Under the pieces are notes generated by a model. The model saw only the letters and a program-made list of their open reading frames with translations, was not told the DNA's origin and made no database searches. Below are positions 8,392-16,535 of a stretch of DNA of 34,522 bases, in pieces. Origin of the DNA: Candidatus Tharpella aukensis (lineage in GTDB: Bacteria > Desulfobacterota > Anaeroferrophillalia > Anaeroferrophillales > Tharpellaceae). Each line of letters begins with the position of its first letter. Within the stretch, counting starts at the first letter, position 1. The stretch lies in NCBI GenBank assembly GCA_021163445.1, contig JAGGWR010000183.1, forward strand, positions 1-34,522, given 5' to 3'. Both the position numbers and the translations under genes were made by a program.

Positions 8392-9585
8392 ATGAATGAT
8401 CTTTTTAGTCCGGTAACTGCCGATTCAATGTTTGTCAGCGCTTGGCAACAGCAAGCCTCGCTCGAACAGATGGCGGGCAATGCCTTAAATACCGGAATTA
8501 CGGCCTATCAGAAAGGCGACTACAAAAATGCGATTATTGCCTTTCGCAACGCGATCGGTTTAGCTCCGCAGTCAGCTAATGCAGTTGATACCGCCAACTA
8601 TGTTGCCAGTTCTTACCTTAAGCTGGGCGACAGCCATAATGCCGTCAAGGCTTACGAACAGGCCATTGCCTTGGATCCTTCACGTGATGATTCCCATATT
8701 AAACTCGGCAATCTCTATTTCTCGGAAGAGCGTTATCAGGAAGCCGAGGAACATTATTTTAAGGCCGCCAAGATCAATCCGGATCCTGTCAATTTCTACT
8801 CTTTAGGTCAGGCCTATATCAAAACCGGGCGTTATAATGATGCCGAAGATCAATTTGCCAAGATTCAGCGGCTTGCCCCGCAAGCCGTGAACGGGCCCTA
8901 TGGTATGGGGTTGAATTATAATGCCCAGGGGCGTTATGAGGAAGCTGTAGCCATGTTTCAGGATGCGATTGATCTGGATGATAAGTTTTACGATGCCTAT
9001 GTCGATATGGGTTACGCTTATGCTGATATGGGTGAGATGGATTTGGCTCAGGAGGTTTTTGAATTCCTTGAGGAGCCCCGCCCTGAATTGGCTGATATTT
9101 TAAGTCGTTACATGTATAAGGTTGATACACCAAAAATTTCATTTGCTCGCGCTGATGGTGCATTTCCTTATCTGCGACCACCCGGAACCAATGTTGCCTC
9201 CTTTGATAGTTACCTGGAGACAGCCAACGCCTCAAAGAACTTCAAAATGACATTTCAGTTTGATAAAGAGATGGATCGGGAATCGGTTGAAGATCGTTTT
9301 AATTGGAATATCAGTCGTTCGACCTCAAGCGGGCCTGCGGAATTTTATAACTTTGGCATGTCCTTGCCGGATACGGAGATTAAACTTCCTTCAATTCCTG
9401 AGTATGTTTACTATGATGCCGATCAGCTGACTGCAACCGTCTATTTCAAAGTTACCCAGAATGCAACCGCTGATGGCACTCTCGACCCTTCACATATTGT
9501 CTTCAAATTTGCCGGCGAAGACAAATATGGTCTGAAGATGGATTCCGATGCCGATGAATTTTCCGGATTCTCCCGAGTTGGCTGA
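8392..9585 (+). CDS. Tetratricopeptide-repeat protein with an unknown beta-rich C-terminal domain
   Basis: About 6 TPR motifs (e.g. AVKAYEQAIALDP, LGNLYFSEERYQEAEEHYFKAAKINP). Confidence 0.85.
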   Translation: MNDLFSPVTADSMFVSAWQQQASLEQMAGNALNTGITAYQKGDYKNAIIAFRNAIGLAPQSANAVDTANYVASSYLKLGDSHNAVKAYEQAIALDPSRDDSHIKLGNLYFSEERYQEAEEHYFKAAKINPDPVNFYSLGQAYIKTGRYNDAEDQFAKIQRLAPQAVNGPYGMGLNYNAQGRYEEAVAMFQDAIDLDDKFYDAYVDMGYAYADMGEMDLAQEVFEFLEEPRPELADILSRYMYKVDTPKISFARADGAFPYLRPPGTNVASFDSYLETANASKNFKMTFQFDKEMDRESVEDRFNWNISRSTSSGPAEFYNFGMSLPDTEIKLPSIPEYVYYDADQLTATVYFKVTQNATADGTLDPSHIVFKFAGEDKYGLKMDSDADEFSGFSRVG

Positions 9586-9604
9586 AACCCGGCTTTTTCA
9601 AATG

Positions 9605-9640
9605 CCTTCTCTCTCTCTCTCTCTCTCCCTCCCTCCCTCT
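9605..9640. repeat. (CT)9(CCCT)3 simple repeat within a 36-nt pure pyrimidine tract
   Basis: CCTTCTCTCTCTCTCTCTCTCTCCCTCCCTCCCTCT, read directly. Confidence 0.9.
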
Positions 9641-9806
9641 ACACAAAAAAACAAGTCTTTCACGTTTTGTCCTGGTTGTCACCGGAAAAGTTGCTTATTC
9701 ATTATGGGGCTGTAAGGGGCGCGGTGGATTTCTGCTTTAGTGGAGAATCTGGCTGAGGAATGGCCGGAAAGTTTATGTTGACAGTGGTAATATTAATCAA
9801 CCCTGC

Positions 9807-9835
9807 TTGACTTTATTCCATAAATCACATAATCT
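9807..9835 (+). promoter_or_regulatory. Putative sigma70 promoter for the riboswitch leader
   Basis: TTGACT-N17-TAATCT, about 25 bp upstream of the aptamer. Confidence 0.4.
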
Positions 9836-9859
9836 ATGTTTAGAGTTGATAGATATTTG

Positions 9860-9945
9860 CTGAAAAAGCCACTCCCGCCGGAAGACGGGGTCGGAAAGCC
9901 ACGGGTCTTGTCACTAACATCATAAAAGACAGCCGGGTTGCCTTT
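9860..9945 (+). ncRNA. GEMM-I / c-di-GMP-I class riboswitch aptamer
   Basis: P2 CCCGCC-GGAA-GACGGG with a GNRA loop, junction GGAAAGCC, P3 ACGGGTCT...AGACAGCCGGGTTGCC. Located in the 5' leader of a secreted protein gene. Confidence 0.85.
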
Positions 9946-9976
9946 TTTAAAAGGGTGAACCGGCTGTCTTTTTTTT
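9924..9976 (+). terminator. Intrinsic terminator of the riboswitch expression platform
   Basis: AAAAGACAGCCGG...CCGGCTGTCTTTT followed by a T-tract. Its 5' arm is the aptamer P3 3' strand. Confidence 0.85.
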
Positions 9977-10016
9977 GTGGTCGATAAGTTGCCCGCAAAC
10001 CAGCAGGAGGCAAATT

Positions 10017-11810
10017 ATGAGAAAGATATTATTAATTAATCTTTTCTTATTTCTAACACCCACCATTGCCTTTGCCATAAATATCAATATTCCTGACGAC
10101 CAACCAAATATCCAATCCGGAATAGATGCAGCAATTCACGGCGACACAATTCTAATTGCGGATGGTACTTATACGGGGAATGGCAACTACAATATTGACT
10201 TCAAGGGTAAAGCGATTACCGTAAAATCTGCAAATGGGCCGGAGAATTGCATTATCGACTGCCAACAACAGGGAAGAGGGTTTTGGTTTAAGAATGAAGA
10301 GACTGAAACTTCCGTTTTAGATGGGTTAACAATTAAGAATGGTTTTACGGGAGAAGACGGCGGCGGAGTGTATGCTGAAGGTTTCCTTTCCCCTTTAATA
10401 AAAAACTGTGTGTTCGAGAATAACAGTGCTGATAATGATGGTGGGGCTGTTTGTTATTATTCGTCGTCTTTTTCTTTTACCAATTGTACATTTACAGGCA
10501 ATAGTGCCTCTAATGAAGGAGGTGCTGTCTCTTCTCCTTCTTATCCTTCTTCTCCATCTTATTCTTCTTTTAGCGACTGCACCTTTATTGCCAATCATGC
10601 TTCTGCTGATGGTGGTGCTGTTTTTTCTGTTGATTCATCCTCTTCGTTTACTAATTGTACATTTACTGCCAATCAAACTTCTGATGATGGTGGTGCTGTT
10701 TTTTATTATGACTCACCTCCTTCTTTTAGCGACTGCACATTTACTGCTAATAGTGCAGTCGATGATGGTGGCGCTGTTTTTTCTTATTCTTCTACTTCAT
10801 TTACTAATTGCACATTTACAGGCAATCGTGCTTCTGGTGATGGTGGTGCGATTGATTCAGGTGCTCCTTCTTTAACCAATTGCAGGTTTACAGGCAATCA
10901 TGCTTCTGATGATGGTGGTGCTGTTTGTTTTGCACGTGACTCTTCTTCTTTTAGCAATTGTGTATTTACGAACAATAGTGCTTCTGATGTTGGCGGTGCC
11001 ATTTATTATCATACTTATTATGGTCATTATCATCCTTCTTATTCTTTTTCTAATTGCACGTTTACAGAAAATACTTCTAACCTTGGGGGGGCTATTTTTT
11101 CAAATGCTACTAATTCTTCTTCCTTTACTAACTGCACGTTTACAGGGAATACTTCTAATTTGGGGGGGGCTGTTTATTATCTTTATTCTTATGATTCCTC
11201 TTCTTCTACTTCTTCTTTCATCAATTGTTCTTTTACAATCAACGAAGCCACTGAGCAGGGTGGCACTATATGGTGTGACACCCCATTAGTTTCCAACGAT
11301 CCCATAATCCTCAAAAACTGCATTCTATGGAATAACACAGCCCCCGAAGGTTCTGAAATATACGAAAAAGAAAAACCTCTAGAAATCACCTATTCCAACA
11401 TACAAGGCGGCAACGTAGGGGATGGTAATATTGACGTTGATCCTGCATTTCTATCAAACAAAAACTTATATCTTAAACCATGGTCTCCATGCATTAACAC
11501 CGCAACCGACGACGGCGCCCCGGCTGACGACATCGACGGCTATTTGAGACCAATCGGAAATGGTTACGACATGGGAGCCTATGAATATCGTTACGACATT
11601 TTTGTGTGGGATGGTCTAACTTCAGACTGGGGTGATGCCAACAACTGGAACCTACACGAGATACCTCAAATATCAGATATAGTTGTACTCTCCTCACCAC
11701 AAGCCGTAGTTCCTGATTCTGTAATACAAGCTAACGATGCTGTAGCCGGAGAATTATATATCGAATCGGGGTGTTTGATGATTGCTCAAGGGAAATTGAC
11801 GATAGAATAG
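10017..11810 (+). CDS. Secreted right-handed parallel beta-helix protein (POMP-like GGAV/FxxN repeats, choice-of-anchor Q-like segment)
   Basis: AGGAGG RBS; signal peptide ending AFA; IQSGIDAAIHGDTILIADGTY cap; about 10 FxNCTFxxNxAxxxGGA(V/I) repeats; DIDGYLRPIGNGYDMGAYE. Confidence 0.85.
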   Translation: MRKILLINLFLFLTPTIAFAININIPDDQPNIQSGIDAAIHGDTILIADGTYTGNGNYNIDFKGKAITVKSANGPENCIIDCQQQGRGFWFKNEETETSVLDGLTIKNGFTGEDGGGVYAEGFLSPLIKNCVFENNSADNDGGAVCYYSSSFSFTNCTFTGNSASNEGGAVSSPSYPSSPSYSSFSDCTFIANHASADGGAVFSVDSSSSFTNCTFTANQTSDDGGAVFYYDSPPSFSDCTFTANSAVDDGGAVFSYSSTSFTNCTFTGNRASGDGGAIDSGAPSLTNCRFTGNHASDDGGAVCFARDSSSFSNCVFTNNSASDVGGAIYYHTYYGHYHPSYSFSNCTFTENTSNLGGAIFSNATNSSSFTNCTFTGNTSNLGGAVYYLYSYDSSSSTSSFINCSFTINEATEQGGTIWCDTPLVSNDPIILKNCILWNNTAPEGSEIYEKEKPLEITYSNIQGGNVGDGNIDVDPAFLSNKNLYLKPWSPCINTATDDGAPADDIDGYLRPIGNGYDMGAYEYRYDIFVWDGLTSDWGDANNWNLHEIPQISDIVVLSSPQAVVPDSVIQANDAVAGELYIESGCLMIAQGKLTIE

Positions 11811-11915
11811 GAGCGTTAGGGAGTTGATTGCTTTTACAATTGGTTTTGTCAAAAAAAACATAACTAAATATTCCCCTATTTCTTGAGCCTATCTTTGTGT
11901 AATGAACTTAACCTT

Positions 11916-12066
11916 GATGGCGTCGTAAAAAGTTCCGATATCCTGCGTTGTTGTGGTTCTCCCGACACTCGACATACTACATGTATGGTCTCGCGCCTGG
12001 AGAACCACAACATCTTGTCTATCGAAATTTTTACTTAGCCATCCTATTACTTTTTACGAGTTCATC
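11916..12066 (+). mobile_element. 151-bp MITE-like structured repeat, copy 2, with a 6-bp target-site duplication
   Basis: Same length and termini as copy 1. Flanked by AACCTT at 11910-11915 and 12067-12072. Confidence 0.88.
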
Positions 12067-12271
12067 AACCTTGCTCATTGCAAGCCTCATAATCAGTGTC
12101 TTTATGACCCAGAGTCATCCGCACGGGCGTTTTTTTTGAGGGAAAATGAAAAATTCATCAACTTATCTTTTCCGATTTCAATCAGGCGGCTGAACATATC
12201 GATAAGATAAATAAGGAAGAGGTCTTGAGCCGGGTGGATGTAAGAAGAAGTTTTTCCCCAGGAGGGAGGGT

Positions 12272-12427
12272 TCAATAGGCCCCGGAACTTACCAGCAGGG
12301 CACCGCTTAGGAGTGAGGTGGTACCGAAAGCCAGGATGACGGCGTTGATCGGCACAAAGTTGATGAAAAGTCCGGCTCGGGTGGCCCCGATAATACGGAT
12401 TACTTCATAGTACCAGATATCTTTCAT
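12272..12427 (-). pseudogene. Degenerate duplicate of the 3' end of the EamA/DMT gene at 13570-14487
   Basis: Translates as MKDIWYYEVIRIIGATRAGLFINFVPINAVILAFGTTSLLSGALLVSSGAY. It aligns to WYYEAIRIIGATRAGLFINFVPISAVILAF..SLLSGALLVSSGVY with a net 6-codon deletion. Confidence 0.85.
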
Positions 12428-12432
12428 TTTTT

Positions 12433-12464
12433 TGCCCCCCGAGGGAAGTTCCCTTGGGGGGGCA
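12433..12464 (-). terminator. GC-rich hairpin downstream of the small membrane protein pair (terminator or 3' stabiliser)
   Basis: TGCCCCCCGAGGG-AAGTT-CCCTTGGGGGGGCA; there is no U-tract on the minus strand. Confidence 0.4.
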
Positions 12465-12479
12465 GTCGTGTCAATTTGC

Positions 12480-12701
12480 TCAGTGTGTGGATTCAGTTGC
12501 AGGGGTCTTTGATGCTACTAATTCCTTAATGAATCCCATGATCAACATAAGAGCCGGAACCAGTTGGGAGACAACAACCAGCGCACAGACACCGACAAAG
12601 AGGCTGACGAGAATCCCGCTTTTGTAAACTACTGTACCTGCGGCAAATGCCGGATTGATAATTGCCAGAACCAAAAAGATTGTTGCGATAGCCGTTTTCA
12701 T
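12480..12701 (-). CDS. Small membrane protein (73 aa), paralog of 12779-13009
   Basis: AGGAG RBS; signal-like N-terminus ending AFA; hydrophobic FVGVCALVVVSQLVPALML. Confidence 0.8.
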   Translation of the reverse strand: MKTAIATIFLVLAIINPAFAAGTVVYKSGILVSLFVGVCALVVVSQLVPALMLIMGFIKELVASKTPATESTH

Positions 12702-12778
12702 AATAAAGTCTCCTTTTTGTTTTTGCCCATTTAGGTAAATACCTTTGGTACTTCATCCCATCAGGCATAATTGTTTTT

Positions 12779-13009
12779 TTAGTTGTTTGTAACTTTCTCG
12801 TGGTTCCTTGCCTTTCCGAAAATACCCGCCATCATGGAGCCCAGCATTATCAGGGCGGGGACAAACTGTAAGGTAACGATAAGAGCCAAAAATCCAATAA
12901 ACAGCCAACCGATAAGGCCGAACTCACTACCCACGGCGCCGGTTGCGGCAAAAGCCGAATTTGCATACAGGACGGTCATCAGTGTGACGATACGTAATGT
13001 GTTCTTCAT
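12779..13009 (-). CDS. Small membrane protein (76 aa)
   Basis: GGAGG RBS precedes ATG 13009; signal-like N-terminus ending AFA; hydrophobic FIGFLALIVTLQFVPALIM. Confidence 0.8.
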   Translation of the reverse strand: MKNTLRIVTLMTVLYANSAFAATGAVGSEFGLIGWLFIGFLALIVTLQFVPALIMLGSMMAGIFGKARNHEKVTNN

Positions 13010-13084
13010 TTTTCTCACCTCCGTGCATCTCCAAAAGACTTTAATGCCTCTTGCATTACATATTCTTTATACAGTCTACATGGT

Positions 13085-13217
13085 TGCATAGGACATGCCA
13101 ACGTGGTGTTAAATTCCATAATTATTGTGTAACATATTGAATTTACAGATTTTTATGTAATAATCGGGGGAAATATGATGCGTTTTATTTCACTTGGGTG
13201 TATAAATATATTATACA
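13085..13217 (-). promoter_or_regulatory. sigma54 promoter with an IHF-like site and a palindromic enhancer candidate
   Basis: Minus strand TGGCATGTCCTATGCA (GG-N10-GC, 13100-13085). ATTCAATATGTTA (13142-13130) is one mismatch from WATCAANNNNTTR. Perfect inverted repeat TGTATAA-ATATA-TTATACA at 13199-13217. Confidence 0.75.
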
Positions 13218-13395
13218 TTATACCTGATAATCCGGGTCGCTGGAAGCTGTTGGATCTTCTAACCTCATGAAAATAAAGATTTATCCGCTATCTTTGGGGG
13301 GGTATGTGAAAAAAATACTTATCGTTTTCGCCATAAAATAACAGCGGACAGCGGCGGACTTTGCTTCCCTCATGGCGCAAATTTATATACATAAG

Positions 13396-13545
13396 TCTGT
13401 ATCAATTTTCGACTTAAACCCACCTGAAAAACTTCAATAAGTTGAAGAACTGTGGGACGATTTAGCGGCTATTCCGCCAGCAGTTCCTGTAGCATAAGTG
13501 GCAAAAAAGTTGGCAAGACGAAAATTCAATCTGGTGAAGAATTTA
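13396..13545 (+). pseudogene. Remnant of a putative addiction-module component (TIGR02574-like)
   Basis: SVSIFDLNPPEKLQ*VEELWDDLAAIPPAVPVA*VAKKLARRKFNLVKNL. It retains the E(K/R)LxLVEELWDxL...LARR pattern but has two in-frame stops. Confidence 0.65.
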
Positions 13546-13569
13546 GTATTATGAGTCGGAAAAGTATTT

Positions 13570-14487
13570 TTACTTTGTCAGGGTCGGTTGTTTGGTAGGC
13601 AGGTTGGTTAAATAGACTCCAGAACTTACCAGTAGGGCTCCGCTTAGGAGTGATATGGTGAGCGGTTCGTCGAGGAAAAAGAAAGCCAGAATGACGGCGC
13701 TGATCGGTACAAAGTTGATGAAAAGTCCGGCCCGAGTGGCTCCGATAATACGGATCGCTTCATAATACCAGACGAAGCCGACAACGGTTCCGAAAATGCC
13801 TAGATAGAAAAGAGCGGCCCAGTCGAGCCCGGAAAAAGAGAGGATTTGATTGAATAAACCTTCGGAAAAAGCTGGAAGCAGGAGCAGCAGGGTGCCGATC
13901 AGGGTCGATCCGGTAACCGCAACCAAGGGTGAAAGTTCTTTCATTACCGCTTTGCCGATAACTGAATAGCTGGCCCAGCTCAAAACACAGCCGAAGATAT
14001 AGATCTCTCCCAGCCCCAAACCACCACTGACAATTCCGTTAAAATCACCCCGTGAAATAACCACCAAAGCACCGCTGACTGAAATCGTGATGCCGATAAT
14101 TTTTAAGATGGTCAAGCGCTCTTTAAAAAACCAGGCCGAGAGCAGGCAGATGCAGATCGGATTTAAGGCGATAATCAGTGCAGCCCGACCCGCATCGATA
14201 ATTTTCAGGCCTTTAAAAAAGAGGATGTTGTAAGCGAAGACCCCGGTTAGTCCGAGGAGCAGAATAAAAGCAAATTGTTTGAGATTAATTTGGGGAATCT
14301 TTTTCTCACTTCTGATGGTTAAGAAAAAGAGCACCGTAAAAGCCAGGGTAAAACGTAAAAAGGCGGCCGAGGCGGGGCCGACATCGCGAACCACGATTTT
14401 GCCGGCGATAAAGGTGCCGCCCCAAAGAAAAGCGGTCAGGATGAGTTTTATGTAGGATGTTGTAATGGACGCGGGGGGATTTTCCAT
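13570..14487 (-). CDS. EamA/DMT family transporter
   Basis: LWGGTFIAGK, LRF, about 10 hydrophobic segments and FINFVPISAV. The start overlaps the aapP stop. Confidence 0.92.
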   Translation of the reverse strand: MENPPASITTSYIKLILTAFLWGGTFIAGKIVVRDVGPASAAFLRFTLAFTVLFFLTIRSEKKIPQINLKQFAFILLLGLTGVFAYNILFFKGLKIIDAGRAALIIALNPICICLLSAWFFKERLTILKIIGITISVSGALVVISRGDFNGIVSGGLGLGEIYIFGCVLSWASYSVIGKAVMKELSPLVAVTGSTLIGTLLLLLPAFSEGLFNQILSFSGLDWAALFYLGIFGTVVGFVWYYEAIRIIGATRAGLFINFVPISAVILAFFFLDEPLTISLLSGALLVSSGVYLTNLPTKQPTLTK

Positions 14488-15263
14488 TAGTGGAGGATTT
14501 GGCTGAGAAAGAGTTGGGTGCGTTCGTGTTCGGGATGGTCGAAAAAATTATCCGGGGTATTGGTTTCAACAATTCTGCCTTCGTCCATAAACATAACTCG
14601 GTGCGCCACACTTTTGGCAAATCCCATCTCATGGGTGACCACGATCATGGTCATGCCTTCGTGAGCCAGGCTGATCATAACGTCTAGAACCTCTTTAACC
14701 ATCTCCGGATCCAGAGCTGATGTCGGTTCATCAAAGAGCATGACTTTTGGTTTCATGCAGAGGCTTCTGGCGATAGCCACCCGTTGCTGTTGGCCGCCGG
14801 AAAGCTGACCGGGAAATTTTTTAGCCTGTTCCGCAATCTGTACTTTTTCGAGATAGTACATGGCCAGTTCCTCGGCTTCGTGTCGAGGAACTTTCTTGAC
14901 CCAGATAGGGCCCAAGGTCAAATTTTCGAGGATGGTCAGATGGGGAAAGAGGTTGAAATGCTGAAATACCATTCCCACCTCTTCCCGTATTTTTTCAATG
15001 TTTTTCAGATTATTACTTAGTTCAACCCCGTCAACAATAATTTGACCGCGCTGGTGTTCTTCCAAGCGGTTGATGCAGCGTATCATGGTCGACTTACCTG
15101 ATCCTGACGGTCCGCAAACGACAATGCGTTCCTGAGGTTTCACCTCAAGATTAATATCTTTCAAGACATGAAAATCACCAAACCATTTGTGCAGGTCAAT
15201 AATTTTGATGATCGCGTTGTCTGGTTTTGCTTCAATATCTTCTATTTTTGGGCTTTCGTTCAT
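14487..15263 (-). CDS. aapP: General L-amino acid ABC transporter ATP-binding protein
   Basis: GPSGSGKS Walker [10 protein letters not shown] signature, [14 protein letters not shown]; operon context. Confidence 0.92.
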   Translation of the reverse strand: MNESPKIEDIEAKPDNAIIKIIDLHKWFGDFHVLKDINLEVKPQERIVVCGPSGSGKSTMIRCINRLEEHQRGQIIVDGVELSNNLKNIEKIREEVGMVFQHFNLFPHLTILENLTLGPIWVKKVPRHEAEELAMYYLEKVQIAEQAKKFPGQLSGGQQQRVAIARSLCMKPKVMLFDEPTSALDPEMVKEVLDVMISLAHEGMTMIVVTHEMGFAKSVAHRVMFMDEGRIVETNTPDNFFDHPEHERTQLFLSQILH

Positions 15264-15302
15264 AGTTTTTTCCTTATGTCATAACTCTTAATGTCATAAC
15301 TT

Positions 15303-16397
15303 TTATCTACCGGTATGTAGCTCTATTTCCAGGCGTCGGCTCCAGGTCGACATAAAGTAACAGCAGACGAAATAGATCATGCCCACAAAAAGATAGGCTT
15401 CGGTTGAAAAACCCATCCATTGCGGGTTTGAGAGGGTCGACTGGGTGGTTTTCAAAACGTCATAGAGAGCAATAATAACGACCAGAGAAGTATCCTTGAA
15501 GGCGGAAATCAGGACGCTGACCGTGGGCGGGATAACTATTTTCAGAGCTTGGGGCAGAATGATCAGGCGCATTGTTTGAAAATAATTTAAACCTAAAGAG
15601 TCAGCGGCTTCGTACTGACCTTTGGGCATGGCCTGGAGTCCACCGCGAACCACTTCGGCGACATAGGCGGCGGTAAACATAATAATGGCCACTTGAGCGC
15701 GCAAAATCTTATTGATCGTAATCCCTTCCGGCAGGAAAAGAGGGAAAATGATTGCCGACATAAAAAGCAGGCTGATCAAGGGGACGCCGCGAATCATCTC
15801 GATGTAGATAACCGTCAGGCTTTTGATCACCGGTAATCGCGATTGCCGCCCCAATGCCAGAGCCACACCTAAAGGGTATGCCGCAGCGAGGCCGAAAACT
15901 GAAAGCATAAGAGTTAAGGGCAGGCCGCCCCATTGATCGCTCTCAATTGAAGTCAATCCGAAAAGACCTCCTTTCATCAGCAGTCCCATAATAATGAGCC
16001 CTGCAAGCCAGGTGTAAAGTAGATTTTTTGACCACCAGTTGCGGTTTCTGGAGGCTATGAGCAATGAAAAAAGGATGATCATGGCTGTTAATGGCCGCCA
16101 CTGTTCGGGTGGGGGGTAGAAACCAAAAAGGATAAAACGGATATTGGCATGTATAATGGACCAGCAGGCACCACCCGATTGGTGACATTCGGCTCCACTG
16201 GAGGTCCAATTGGCGTTAATCAGAGCCCAGTTGATAAAGGGTGCCATGACCTGCCAGAGAATATAGATTATTAACAGGCTGAATAGTGAATTATACCAGG
16301 TGTTGCAGAGGTTAGCTCTGACCCAGCCTATAATCCCGGTAGTCGAGGTTGGCGGTTTGAGATTTACATGTTCTTCTGTATGGATAATAACTGCCAT
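15303..16397 (-). CDS. aapM: General L-amino acid ABC transporter permease
   Basis: WGGLPLTL, IRGVPLI, AYVAEVVRGGLQA..GQYEAA and FKDTSLV. Confidence 0.9.
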   Translation of the reverse strand: MAVIIHTEEHVNLKPPTSTTGIIGWVRANLCNTWYNSLFSLLIIYILWQVMAPFINWALINANWTSSGAECHQSGGACWSIIHANIRFILFGFYPPPEQWRPLTAMIILFSLLIASRNRNWWSKNLLYTWLAGLIIMGLLMKGGLFGLTSIESDQWGGLPLTLMLSVFGLAAAYPLGVALALGRQSRLPVIKSLTVIYIEMIRGVPLISLLFMSAIIFPLFLPEGITINKILRAQVAIIMFTAAYVAEVVRGGLQAMPKGQYEAADSLGLNYFQTMRLIILPQALKIVIPPTVSVLISAFKDTSLVVIIALYDVLKTTQSTLSNPQWMGFSTEAYLFVGMIYFVCCYFMSTWSRRLEIELHTGR

Positions 16398-16418
16398 TTT
16401 TTATCTCTCTTCCTTCTG

Positions 16419-16535
16419 GATGGCTAAGCTAAAATTTTGATATGTAAGGAGTCGTGATTTTTCAGGTGCGAGACCATACGTCGAGTGTCTGAAAAATCAC
16501 AGCGACGCAGCAGATCGTAATTTTTGCGACGCCAT
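16419..16535 (-). mobile_element. Divergent, shorter copy 3 of the MITE-like structured repeat (between aapQ and aapM)
   Basis: The reverse complement reads ATGGCGTCGCAAAAA..CTGCGTCGCTGTGATTTTTCAGACACTCGAC..GTATGGTCTCGCACCTGAAAAATCAC..TTAGCCATC, collinear with copies 1 and 2. Confidence 0.8.

Noticed and set aside
10400-11235. Possible diversity-generating retroelement VR/TR pair
   Set aside because: There is no reverse transcriptase in the window, and differences between units are not confined to adenines.
10408-11289. Long alternative-frame Leu/Ile-rich ORFs (155 and 129 aa) inside the beta-helix gene
   Set aside because: These are by-products of the T-rich repeat block, which has few stop codons in that frame. 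No RBS or recognisable motifs.
11948-12210. ORFs of 63 and 85 aa
   Set aside because: They run through the MITE-like repeat and have no independent coding evidence.
15276-15301. Direct repeat ATGTCATAACT x2 between aapM and aapP
   Set aside because: A short local duplication with no supporting evidence of function.
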